Assembly: GCA_048882485.1 (NCBI GenBank)
Contig: JBHLRP010000005.1
Coordinates: 44,936-108,935 of the forward strand
Direction: 5' to 3'
DNA length: 64,000 nt
DNA from: Candidatus Thorarchaeota archaeon
GTDB lineage: Archaea > Asgardarchaeota > Thorarchaeia > Thorarchaeales > Thorarchaeaceae
Part shown: positions 20,024-29,237 of the stretch, piece by piece
Position numbering within the stretch: the stretch's first letter is position 1
Layout: every line of letters begins with the position of its first letter
Program-made: the position numbers and the translations under genes
Notes under the pieces: model-generated
Seen by the model: only the letters and a program-made list of their open reading frames with translations
Databases searched by the model: none
Told to the model about the DNA's origin: nothing

Positions 20024-20211
20024 CTCAATGACTTCAAGAGAAACGCTAATTCGACTCAGGAAGAATTTTGCATGATGATTTGCTTGCTTGGATTCCAAAC
20101 CCCCCAATCTTCGACATTCCACTCGTGCTCTATGACATCATACATGCAAGATCCCGTGGTTTTATTCCAATAAGACCAGTCTTGATCTCTCTTGGGCTGA
20201 AGTTGCCTCCA

Positions 20212-21786
20212 TCAACCTCGTTTCATGAAGACAACCATGACAGCAATGATTCCAATGATAAGTATGGACGCTCCTAATATCGGGAGCGGGAATGGGACCT
20301 CCAAGACGGATACATCAACAATCACTGTGTCATTCGTCTTCTGTCCGATATCATTTTCAATCTCCAATGTATATTCGTGTTCACCAGGCTCAAGGACTCC
20401 TAGATTGAAGGATAGCAGAGCGGGTCTCCAAAATCTGTCATAGAGGAAAGCGCCTGAATCCAGTTGGTCGGTGCTATTGCTGAAAGTGAAGTTTCCCTCC
20501 ACTGTCTTTCTAGGTCTGTAATTGTAGAACGTCTGCCATTGAAGAACCACTTCTTCTTCTGGTTCAAAATGAAGCTGCGTGGGACTTAGCAGGATTGGAG
20601 CATATCGAAAGCGTTCTATTCTGTATACTCCATATCTATACAGCTCATTGGTTCTAAATGTAAACTGCCAGGCAATATCTCCTTCTTCAGTGACCTCAAT
20701 TAGATGAGCGCCGTGCTCATAGCCTGGTCGTGATGCTGCACCAAACACTCCTAGTCGGTTTCCATTGGGCAGTCTATCAGCATCTCCCCAAAGGAACGAC
20801 CAATGTATGTCAGTCCCTCTCCACACCCAAGTCAAATGCGCTTCCATTGTGACCTCATCAATAGTAATCTCAATCATTCGTGACTTGTGGCTTCCTTCAA
20901 AATTCTGATTGTGATGGTCATTGTCAAAGAGGATGAATGTATTGTCATCTACCCTCTCCAGAGAATGTGGATGGAAGAACAAGTGATCAACTTCGACACC
21001 CAATGAATCGTACATTGTGAAATTTCCATATTCACCCAAACCCCAGATGACTTCTCCGGTCTTATGATCAATCTTGTAGAATGTATTCACGTTCCTTGGA
21101 TTATAGTAGATCATATCCTCATCTGCATCGTAGAATAGAGTGTTGGAATGAGTGATGTCCTGATAGCCGCCAAAAAGGTCTCCGTAGGGACACCCCATGT
21201 CAGGTCTTATGAACTCACTAACATCTAGCGACCAGACTAAATTGCCATTGAGGTCATATTCATGTATTAGGTCGAAAAGATATGTTGCGTTATCAATCAC
21301 TATCTGGTTGTATTTGAAGGTGAATACAGTATCGTTGTTTGGATTGTACTCATACTCGTGATGTCCATAACAATTGAGGTATCTTGTCGTGCCAGTGTAG
21401 AGGTTTACAAGAGCTACGTTGAAAGGGTATCCAACTAGAAGCGTCGTGGGACTTACGAAATCCATTGACAGGTCTGCCAGTTCGTAGACACTGCTGTTTG
21501 TCAGAATGCGCTCATAGTGAACATTTCCATCCATGTCGCAGATTATTAAGGTCTGGTTGTTCTGACGATTTTCTATATCTCGTTCCCTCAGTACAAATGC
21601 GTTATAGCCCTCGAAAGCTGCTTGAGTCTTTGTCACTTCAACTTCTCCACGCATGATTTCTGCCATATGAAAGGATGGAGATTGCAGTACCTCAGCCATA
21701 GCTGGAGTTGCTGGTTGGATGAGAATGATCAGCAAGAGAACGAGCAGTAACCGTCGATGCCAGAGCAGCCTCTCTTTGCTAGACAT
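20212..21786 (-). CDS. Arylsulfotransferase (ASST)-family beta-propeller, membrane anchored
   Basis: HHE, THSN, HPH, LFDN, GDADRLPNGN motifs; signal peptide and C-terminal TM + KRG. Confidence 0.8.
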   Translation of the reverse strand: MSSKERLLWHRRLLLVLLLIILIQPATPAMAEVLQSPSFHMAEIMRGEVEVTKTQAAFEGYNAFVLRERDIENRQNNQTLIICDMDGNVHYERILTNSSVYELADLSMDFVSPTTLLVGYPFNVALVNLYTGTTRYLNCYGHHEYEYNPNNDTVFTFKYNQIVIDNATYLFDLIHEYDLNGNLVWSLDVSEFIRPDMGCPYGDLFGGYQDITHSNTLFYDADEDMIYYNPRNVNTFYKIDHKTGEVIWGLGEYGNFTMYDSLGVEVDHLFFHPHSLERVDDNTFILFDNDHHNQNFEGSHKSRMIEITIDEVTMEAHLTWVWRGTDIHWSFLWGDADRLPNGNRLGVFGAASRPGYEHGAHLIEVTEEGDIAWQFTFRTNELYRYGVYRIERFRYAPILLSPTQLHFEPEEEVVLQWQTFYNYRPRKTVEGNFTFSNSTDQLDSGAFLYDRFWRPALLSFNLGVLEPGEHEYTLEIENDIGQKTNDTVIVDVSVLEVPFPLPILGASILIIGIIAVMVVFMKRG

Positions 21787-21935
21787 TGCGCTATCCAACC
21801 TGAATGCGAATCTACCTGTTCTTCGGGCTATACAGCTGGGAGTCAATGGGTACTATTAGATTTCCGGTTTTCCCGAATATATGGCCACATCCGAGCAACT
21901 AAAAGGCATAGCTTGAGGAGCACAGTTTGTTAAAA

Positions 21936-22901
21936 ATGGCAATTGAGAAACGTAGGCTCGGAAAGACAGACCTTGAAGTCTCTCCAATTGGATTGGGAGC
22001 TATGCAGTTTGCGGGAGGTAGCGGCTTCTTCAGATTCTACCTCACTCGTATTGCTCCTGATTGCATAGACGAGATAGTGCAGCTTGCCCTCGACAATGGG
22101 ATCAACTGGATTGATACGGCTGAGGTTTACGGCGGAGGTGCCTCTGAGAGGGCTGTGGCTCATGGTCTTGCCTCGGTCGGGAAATCTCCAGGAGATGTGA
22201 TTGTCACAACCAAATGGATGCCAGTACTGAAGAGTGCTAGTAGCATCCGAAAGGCGGCTGAGAAGAGCACCAATCGACTCACCCCGTATCCAATTGACCT
22301 TTATCTAGTCCATCAGCCATTCTCAAGGTCCTCAATCAAAACACAGATGAATGCGATGGCGGATCTTGTTGACGCTGGGCTGGTGCAGGCTGTAGGAGTT
22401 AGCAATTTTTCGAATGTGAAGATGTTTTCTGCTCACGAGGCTCTGGCTGAAAGAGGGATTCATCTTGCTACAAATCAGGTACAGTTCAGTCTGCTACATA
22501 GAAATATCGAACATAATGGAGTACTTGAGGCTGCTCGAGACTTGGATGTGACAATTACCGCGTACACTCCACTTGGCATGGGAGTCCTTACAGGGAGACT
22601 GCACAGCAATCCGGAGTTGTTTAGCAGCATGCCTCGGTTTCGGCGTTCAAGGCTTAGAGGGAAGATCAAAGAGAGTAAACCGCTAGTTGATGAGCTTGAG
22701 GCAATTGCTCGAGAGCATGAAGCTACTGCTGCTCAAGTAGCCTTAAGTTGGACAATCAACTATCATGGGGACAAGGTCGTGGCTATTCCAGGAGCCAGTA
22801 AGCCCTACCAAGCAGAGCAAAATGCTGGTGCCATGCGCGTTTCGCTCACATCTGAACAGATGGAGTCACTTTCAACTCTATCATCTGAACTGGCTGGATG
22901 A
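21936..22901 (+). CDS. Aldo/keto reductase
   Basis: DTAEVYG, IDLYLVH, VGVSNF, AYTPLG, AIPGA. Confidence 0.95.
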   Translation: MAIEKRRLGKTDLEVSPIGLGAMQFAGGSGFFRFYLTRIAPDCIDEIVQLALDNGINWIDTAEVYGGGASERAVAHGLASVGKSPGDVIVTTKWMPVLKSASSIRKAAEKSTNRLTPYPIDLYLVHQPFSRSSIKTQMNAMADLVDAGLVQAVGVSNFSNVKMFSAHEALAERGIHLATNQVQFSLLHRNIEHNGVLEAARDLDVTITAYTPLGMGVLTGRLHSNPELFSSMPRFRRSRLRGKIKESKPLVDELEAIAREHEATAAQVALSWTINYHGDKVVAIPGASKPYQAEQNAGAMRVSLTSEQMESLSTLSSELAG

Positions 22902-22937
22902 CAACATCAGGTGGCGATGCCTACTGATTAATGCAAA

Positions 22938-23705
22938 CTATGGATCCCAGTCATACTTGATGAATTGATATGGAGCATACTCATCAGGATCCAGTTCCTC
23001 CATTATCTCCCCAAATGGCATAGTTGTCGTTGCTCCCTCAGTGTAGGAAACTAACATCACATCGACTATTGGAATCTGATGCAATGGATCATACTTTGAT
23101 TCAGGGAATCTCACAGTGCCCTCACCAATCTCCAGCTTGACAAGCTCTGTTCTATTTTGCTGCCTCATAAGCAAGGGCTTCATACCGACACCAAGCCCTC
23201 TCTCGTCCAAAATGGACTTTACTAGAAAATGAGGTCCCTGTGGAGACCGCTCCTCCATAACGTCAGTAAGTGTCACTTCAATCTCTACAATGGGGGCTCC
23301 TCGTCTGACACAAACTCCCTTTGCGTTGCTGCCTGCTCTCTCAACTGTGATGGAATCTGCAATCTTTTTCGGGTATCCATAGATCTCTCTTCCCCCAATC
23401 ATTGCAATATCATTATTCACTGGCATTGATATACAGTAACTCCCTGTTTCTCCTTTATACTGCACTGGTAGGAAGACTGCAGCTTCATTATAGGGCGGGC
23501 AGAAGTTCGGCTCGTGGAATTCAGCCACATAGGTTGATGCCATAAGGATTGGTCCTGGCTCAAGCGGTGGCGGGATGACCTGTCTGATTGCGTCTTCAGT
23601 CGTCGTGAACATGGCAATAATCATGGTGGCATTGGTGAGCACATAGCCCTCAGCAAACTTCTTGGAACGTTCTTCTATTTCTTCCATTGTTCTTGTGAGT
23701 TTCAT
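22938..23705 (-). CDS. Acetoacetate decarboxylase-like (ADC) family protein
   Basis: PYNEA and GREIYGYPKK with the Schiff-base Lys. Confidence 0.85.
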   Translation of the reverse strand: MKLTRTMEEIEERSKKFAEGYVLTNATMIIAMFTTTEDAIRQVIPPPLEPGPILMASTYVAEFHEPNFCPPYNEAAVFLPVQYKGETGSYCISMPVNNDIAMIGGREIYGYPKKIADSITVERAGSNAKGVCVRRGAPIVEIEVTLTDVMEERSPQGPHFLVKSILDERGLGVGMKPLLMRQQNRTELVKLEIGEGTVRFPESKYDPLHQIPIVDVMLVSYTEGATTTMPFGEIMEELDPDEYAPYQFIKYDWDP

Positions 23706-23787
23706 CCAACAATCTCCTCAGCTGCCATAAAACAAGCTTGGGGCGATGAGCTTAGCACTGAAGTATAAGTCTAGCGAATCTGAGACC

Positions 23788-24183
23788 CTAGAGCATCTGT
23801 GCAACCATTGGAGAGAAGAATGGTATGAGCCAGAAAAGCCAGACAAATTTCGAGAAGCGATGAAACATGGCAGCTGAAATCTCATCCCCGCGTGTCAACA
23901 CTCTGATTGCCCAGACCGCATGAACCAGCATTAGGATGATTGCCGCAAGTCCAGTGACTGAATGAAAAATCGCATCAAGAGGGTCCAAGACCGTGCCTCC
24001 TGTGTCTAGGTTCAAAGCCATGATGGTTGTTCCCGTAGTGTCACAAAGAACACCAATACAGAACATCACCACAAAGACAGGTTTGAGATCCCCAGTAATC
24101 TGCTCGCCCCAAACAGCAATTGAGTAAGTGATTAGGGCTGCTCCTATGAAGTAACTTCCATACGTGTAAACGATTTGCGCCAT
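23788..24183 (-). CDS. HsmA/TIGR03987-family small membrane protein
   Basis: YSIAVWGE, CDTTGT, HSVTGLAAIILMLVHAVWA, FHRFS..VW..WLIP; real start is the ATG at 24183, not the ORF-track start. Confidence 0.75.
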   Translation of the reverse strand: MAQIVYTYGSYFIGAALITYSIAVWGEQITGDLKPVFVVMFCIGVLCDTTGTTIMALNLDTGGTVLDPLDAIFHSVTGLAAIILMLVHAVWAIRVLTRGDEISAAMFHRFSKFVWLFWLIPFFSPMVAQML

Positions 24184-24286
24184 GTTCGAATCCCCTTGTT
24201 TGATTCGATTGCTCGAATCGTTCCTGCTTTCAAGTCTTTCGTCTGTCCATTCGGGAAATCGGGGAATCTTTTCCTCCGTCCACTCG

Positions 24287-24730
24287 TCATGTTGCTTTCT
24301 TCGGACTTTTCTTGATGTGTAACAGCTTCCTGATATCCTCAAAGTCGCTGAATGGTGGCACCTTGATGTGCAACCATTTTCCATCATGATACTGCTTTGT
24401 GTTCTCAAAGAGATCCACAATTTCCGGGCTGAATTCATCCTTCGAGTCCTCGAATTTCTCGACCTCTTTCTTTCCAAAGATTATCAGAACTGTGAGTTCT
24501 TCCTTCTTTGGATAGAAGGTGATTAGAGTCTTGCCGCTTCTGCGGTATCGGATAGTGGCTTCAAGCTCATCATTCTCCCTCACAGGTTCAAATTCGTAGT
24601 TCTTTCTGAGGTATTTGGTGACGATCTTCCACATCCTCCCACCCTGACTGCCAAGTAACTTCATCATCTCATTGTTTGAAGGTGCATTATTCGAGCTTTC
24701 TGCATCTCCTCCAGTCATGAAAATCACCAT
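24287..24730 (-). CDS. DUF3788-like protein
   Basis: YRRSGKTLITFYP, VLIIFGKKE, YHDGKWL. Confidence 0.75.
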   Translation of the reverse strand: MVIFMTGGDAESSNNAPSNNEMMKLLGSQGGRMWKIVTKYLRKNYEFEPVRENDELEATIRYRRSGKTLITFYPKKEELTVLIIFGKKEVEKFEDSKDEFSPEIVDLFENTKQYHDGKWLHIKVPPFSDFEDIRKLLHIKKSPKKAT

Positions 24731-24954
24731 GTGTCATTGAATTCGCTCTGTATTCAATCTGTCGAGCCTCAAACGTTCTCAATGGGAAGGGTGTTCTAGG
24801 GACGATTCTTCAATAATAAAGCGATATCAGCAACTACAACTTCTGCGACAGTGATTATCAACATTGCATGAGGCACAAGGGGATTTCACTTATGAACGAA
24901 TAATTGAGGAAAAGGAAGAGGGAGAAGGAGGATAAAAAAGTCCTTGCTCCCCAG

Positions 24955-25791
24955 TCATCTCCGTCTAAGGAAAACGATTGCCAACACAATTACAGCTACA
25001 GCCGCTCCGCCTCCAATGACAATCAGTTCCCAAGGTAGGGGTGGTGAAGTTGGGATTGGAGTTGTGGGTGAAGTTGGAGTTGATGATGACGGCTCAGGAT
25101 ATGGAACAACAACTATGTTGTCGAGTGCATATCCGGCTTCAGCAGTGAATGTGAACAGGTCGCTTGTTGTGTGAGTCGTATCCGTGACTGTGATTCCCAA
25201 AGTGTCGTTAAAATGCACCTCAAAGTTGCCATCATAATCTCGGGTGATATTGATATGCCACCATCCAGTAACGTCTTCCACATCATAGTCTCCTATTACA
25301 GATAACAACGGATTGTCTGAGGGTCTACGGTACAGTAGGAATGCGCTGCTATAACCCTCATAAGAACCCACAACAGTGATGATACCATACTCGAATGGAA
25401 AATCTAGATCCTCAGGAACCAATACGGGACTTCCAGATACAAATGCAATATAGCTACGTCTAGTTGCAGTGTCTACACAATGGACATCAAAAGCCCATGA
25501 GCCATAAGCAACGATACTTGTCCGCCATGCTTCATTCCAGTATGGACCATAAGCACGCATTGTTTTGTCATCAGCTGTGATGTTCCCAGGGATCTTCGTC
25601 CATGGAGGGAGAGCCGGACGGAATCCTTGGACACTCCATCCACTTTCAGTGATGTTTCCATGATCAAAGTCATCTGACCATGCTTCCTCCAATGTCGCAT
25701 TTGATGTTGCTGTGCATAACGAGATACAAAGAGCAAACATTGCAAAACCTGCAATTAGATGCATCTTTCTTGTTTTCATTAAATTATCCAC
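24955..25791 (-). CDS. Secreted beta-sandwich surface protein with C-terminal TM anchor
   Basis: Signal peptide, WSDDFD start, LDNI end, Ser/Thr/Pro linker, TM, RRR tail. Confidence 0.7.
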   Translation of the reverse strand: MDNLMKTRKMHLIAGFAMFALCISLCTATSNATLEEAWSDDFDHGNITESGWSVQGFRPALPPWTKIPGNITADDKTMRAYGPYWNEAWRTSIVAYGSWAFDVHCVDTATRRSYIAFVSGSPVLVPEDLDFPFEYGIITVVGSYEGYSSAFLLYRRPSDNPLLSVIGDYDVEDVTGWWHINITRDYDGNFEVHFNDTLGITVTDTTHTTSDLFTFTAEAGYALDNIVVVPYPEPSSSTPTSPTTPIPTSPPLPWELIVIGGGAAVAVIVLAIVFLRRR

Positions 25792-25884
25792 CCATCCTTT
25801 GCTTACGTGACAAAGAACTGAACTTCATGTATGTTTGGTACTCGTTATCTCTGAGGGTCTTCTCATCGGGATGTCTACAGAAGA

Positions 25885-27069
25885 TCACGATGCATACTCC
25901 CCGTTTGACATAATCTTCCAGAGCTTGGCCATTCTTCGAAATTGCACCAATGCAATTGCACTTGTCACAAGAATCATTCCACAACCTGCAAGGAACCACA
26001 CAGACTCCCTAGCTACAAACTCCTCGTGTGTTAACTCTTCGAATACAGGTTCCCAGGCGTTGTTCTCCACGGTTTTGCGATTTGATTCTTCGAGGGAGGT
26101 GCCATAGTCGTTGTTGTTGCACGTGTTGTTTTCCACTGTGTTGAAATATGATTCTTTAAGGAGAATGTCATAGTCGTTGTTGTTGCATGTGTTGTTCTCC
26201 ACTGTGTTGTAATCTGATCCATCCAGGGAGATGCCAATACTGTTGTTGTGTACGCTGTTGCTTGAAATCGTGTTGCTATTGCTTTGCGTCAAGAATATCC
26301 CCTCCTGAGAATTGCTGTTCGCAGTGTTTTCTGCTATGATGTTGTTGCTACCACGGTGGAGTCCTAGCCCATAGTCGCTGTTGTTGAAAGCGATATTGCC
26401 TGACATAATATTGCCAGTACCATCATCTATGCCTATCCCGTCATCGTCGTTATTGTTGGCGATGTTTCCTGCGATGATATTGTTGTGGCCTTCCAGAGTT
26501 ATTCCTTGTCCATTGTCATTGAGGAGGTTCGCTACGATTGCGTTGTTATTACCGGTGACCACCCGGATCCCATTCATGGAGTTGTTGGAGCAGATGTTGT
26601 TCGCCAATTTGCCATTTGTGACATTCTCTAGAAAGATTCCAGCTCCATCAATCTTGCTAGACCACCCCCTGGCTCCAGTAAGATTGCAGTTGCGTATAGT
26701 GAAGCTGACTCGCGTATTCCTGATGCTAATGCAATTACCAGCGGCACCGCCAAAGGCAATTTCCAATCCTTCAATTATGTACGGATTAGCAGGAGAACCA
26801 TCACCAGGCCATCCCTCTAGCAGAGCTGTAGCTGCAAAGTTGGCATCTCCATCAATCTCCATGACATCGTGTGGGATGCTTTGTATTGGCAGAGGAGGCA
26901 AGTATGGTGGTGGTTGCATCCAATAATACGCTAGACCGGCTGCTGTCAAGATGAATGTTAGACTCGCAGCTATCAAGATCGTTCTTGGCTTCAAATACGG
27001 ATTCAGACCCTTCTTGGACTTTGGAGTAATCGGGCATATTCTTGATCTGATTTCTACTTCTGATTCCAC
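25885..27069 (-). CDS. NosD-like right-handed beta-helix protein with N- and C-terminal TM helices
   Basis: GWPGDGS..NPYIIEGLEI, many N.I..N...NN..GI repeats. Confidence 0.85.
   Translation of the reverse strand: MESEVEIRSRICPITPKSKKGLNPYLKPRTILIAASLTFILTAAGLAYYWMQPPPYLPPLPIQSIPHDVMEIDGDANFAATALLEGWPGDGSPANPYIIEGLEIAFGGAAGNCISIRNTRVSFTIRNCNLTGARGWSSKIDGAGIFLENVTNGKLANNICSNNSMNGIRVVTGNNNAIVANLLNDNGQGITLEGHNNIIAGNIANNNDDDGIGIDDGTGNIMSGNIAFNNSDYGLGLHRGSNNIIAENTANSNSQEGIFLTQSNSNTISSNSVHNNSIGISLDGSDYNTVENNTCNNNDYDILLKESYFNTVENNTCNNNDYGTSLEESNRKTVENNAWEPVFEELTHEEFVARESVWFLAGCGMILVTSAIALVQFRRMAKLWKIMSNGEYAS
26103..26209. repeat. 66-bp-period intragenic tandem duplication
   Basis: CATAGTCGTTGTTGTTGCA.GTGTTGTT.TCCACTGTGTTG at 26103 and 26169 (NTVENNTCNNNDY twice). 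Confidence 0.85.
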
Positions 27070-27536
27070 CTCAGTCGCCTTCCAATTATATCAACTAGGT
27101 ACACGCCGAGTTCTGTTGGAGGCCTGTCATCTGGAAGAGGGACCTCCCACTCCTCAGCCAGTGTTCGTAGAGTCTTTAGGCATTGGTCCTCCGTTCCGCA
27201 TGTGCCACAATCACGCTCGTGCTCATACCAGATTTGAAGACCAATCTTTGGAGAGTAGAAGATGTATGTGTTTGTATCGTAGGCAGCACAGTATCCTTTG
27301 GCAATGCCATATCGTGTGCTGAGTCGCTCTATCTTTACTCGATTGACCGATGCTGTATGCTGAAGGAGTTTGAGGATTCGTTCCTCAGCTGTCTTCTGGG
27401 CCATAGTGACAAATGGTCTTGATACCTTCAGATCCTTGGCGATTTCTGAGGGTCTTTCCCTCTGACGGCGTCTGAGCCAGATAAGGCCCTGTTGCTTGGT
27501 GGGATATCGAAGGTAGCTGAACATTTCTTGACCCAT
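27054..27536 (-). CDS. HTH DNA-binding protein with C-terminal Cys cluster
   Basis: PSEIAKDLKVSRPFVT HTH; H...CGTC....C motif; overlaps the downstream gene. Confidence 0.7.
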   Translation of the reverse strand: MGQEMFSYLRYPTKQQGLIWLRRRQRERPSEIAKDLKVSRPFVTMAQKTAEERILKLLQHTASVNRVKIERLSTRYGIAKGYCAAYDTNTYIFYSPKIGLQIWYEHERDCGTCGTEDQCLKTLRTLAEEWEVPLPDDRPPTELGVYLVDIIGRRLRWNQK

Positions 27537-27633
27537 CCGAGTTAATGCGAATACCTTAACAGAATTAACCTAAACACTTGAACTACTCGTTAATAAATCA
27601 TTCGGATTCCCAAGTAAAGGACTGTGAAGACTT

Positions 27634-28341
27634 CTAGCCAATTGGCGAAAGGCGTGTTACCTCTTCTGAATTGTATAGGTGTGAAACTCCATCTCTATCG
27701 ATAGAGATGCAGATCCCTCCTTGATAGGGCTCTCTATCTTGATTTCCTATGGTTCGCCCCAACAGAATTCGCTTGATTGACATCAGAGCTAGATCATGAG
27801 TCACATGAATGTGCATGACCAACTCGTTCTCATTCCTTAGCCTCTCAATCGTTGCTTCCAACAGCCTACCTCTATACGACTCAAAAGACTCAATTATATT
27901 GCCAAATTCCCCATCGGCCCAGCTGTTCACGAATTGAGTCACATTCTTCCCATCAGGCTGGAGATTATCCCATACTGCTTCGTCATCAAACTCAGGCATC
28001 ACTAGTATAGGAATGGCCTCAAACTCAACAATGTCTGCTCCGTTCTCTCTGAGCCCCATGGCAAGCTCCTCGGCTGTTTCATAGCACCTTGGAACGAAGC
28101 TGAAGAAGATTCGAATAGGTCTGTTAACAGGTAGCCTCTTTCCCATTTCATATGACATCTGCTTGCCTATCTCTGTAAGTCCCGTACTAAACTGGACTGA
28201 GTGGTCTGGAATCTCCTCACGATGAGAGTGACGCAGGAATAGCATGACACTCTCATCTGGGGGCCTTTGACCAATCCAATTCACTAGTCTTCTTGCACTT
28301 GCTAGCCAGTCGATGCTTTGCCAATCCGACAAATCCGTCAA
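27634..28341 (-). CDS. Histidine phosphatase family protein
   Basis: FLRHS, LTEIG, RCYETA, VTHD. Confidence 0.85.
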   Translation of the reverse strand: MTDLSDWQSIDWLASARRLVNWIGQRPPDESVMLFLRHSHREEIPDHSVQFSTGLTEIGKQMSYEMGKRLPVNRPIRIFFSFVPRCYETAEELAMGLRENGADIVEFEAIPILVMPEFDDEAVWDNLQPDGKNVTQFVNSWADGEFGNIIESFESYRGRLLEATIERLRNENELVMHIHVTHDLALMSIKRILLGRTIGNQDREPYQGGICISIDRDGVSHLYNSEEVTRLSPIG

Positions 28342-28411
28342 TGTTTCTACTCCGTTAGCTGCAGGTCCCCCACTTCGTAGTGATTTACTCTTCGGTATGT
28401 CTTTCGCCTTC

Positions 28412-29113
28412 CTAGCAAGTCAAGGCGTCAGATAGTTTCCTAGCCGCCTTCACAGTATTTGCTGCTTCCTTTGGCGTCGGTGGAATACCATCAAAGCCTG
28501 TCTTCTCAATGAACTCCTTTGTGCCCTTAATCAAGTCATCCGCTGATACTGCCGCGATTTTCTCTATAGTATCAAATCCGGAATCATGATACAACCTTGC
28601 TCTAACTGTCTTGACTGCGCCTAAACGAGTTAGGTTTGAGAGTTTCGCAAGTTCAAGTATCTCTGCAGTTTCTATGCCCGTTCTCTCAGAGAGTTCTCTC
28701 CTCATGGAATCGGTTTTGGCAGCTTCAAGCATATCTTCGACGGTTTCTATACCTACTTCCGAAAGCCTCCGAATTGCCTCTTGGTTCACATCCTTGAAGT
28801 TTCTCATCTTGAAAGGCTTTCTTTTCTTTGCAGTATGCTTTTCCCGTATAGTTTGAGAATATTTGACCATCTCATCATGTTCGATAAACTGGAAGTAATA
28901 TTGTAGTGTCCACATGACCTTGGCAACGTTTTTACTGCCGAGAATGGATGAAGCAAACAGATCCAAGTCCATTTGCGATGAATCCCGAGCTGTCTTTCCA
29001 CTTTCTGCGAGGAATGCCTCAAAACTATGCGCATTCTTGACACAGGAACTAATGGTTCGTTCTGTTTTGCGCTTCTTTTTCATGAATAAAATAAAACCCT
29101 CATCATCCATCAC
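28412..29113 (-). CDS. DUF4332 (HhH-like) protein with integrase-SAM-like N-terminus
   Basis: KTERTISSC...FEAFL N-terminus; LSEVGIETVEDML...RELSERTGI...LSNLTRLGAV...LYHDSG. Confidence 0.7.
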   Translation of the reverse strand: MMDDEGFILFMKKKRKTERTISSCVKNAHSFEAFLAESGKTARDSSQMDLDLFASSILGSKNVAKVMWTLQYYFQFIEHDEMVKYSQTIREKHTAKKRKPFKMRNFKDVNQEAIRRLSEVGIETVEDMLEAAKTDSMRRELSERTGIETAEILELAKLSNLTRLGAVKTVRARLYHDSGFDTIEKIAAVSADDLIKGTKEFIEKTGFDGIPPTPKEAANTVKAARKLSDALTC

Positions 29114-29237
29114 TGAAGACCTCGGCTATCTTGGTAATAGGCGCAACTGAATAAAAGCAATGGCTCCACCGCCATTGGAAGGAACAGACTTTCACAGTGA
29201 TAGTGCTCGTACTGACGTTGCACTATCTAGTATTCTT

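Noticed and set aside
26030-26600. CRISPR-like or microsatellite GTT repeats
   Set aside because: These are Asn codons of beta-helix repeats within a CDS; there is no repeat-spacer structure
28412-29113. Phage integrase / mobile element
   Set aside because: Only a SAM-like N-terminal resemblance; no catalytic R-H-R-Y domain or att sites
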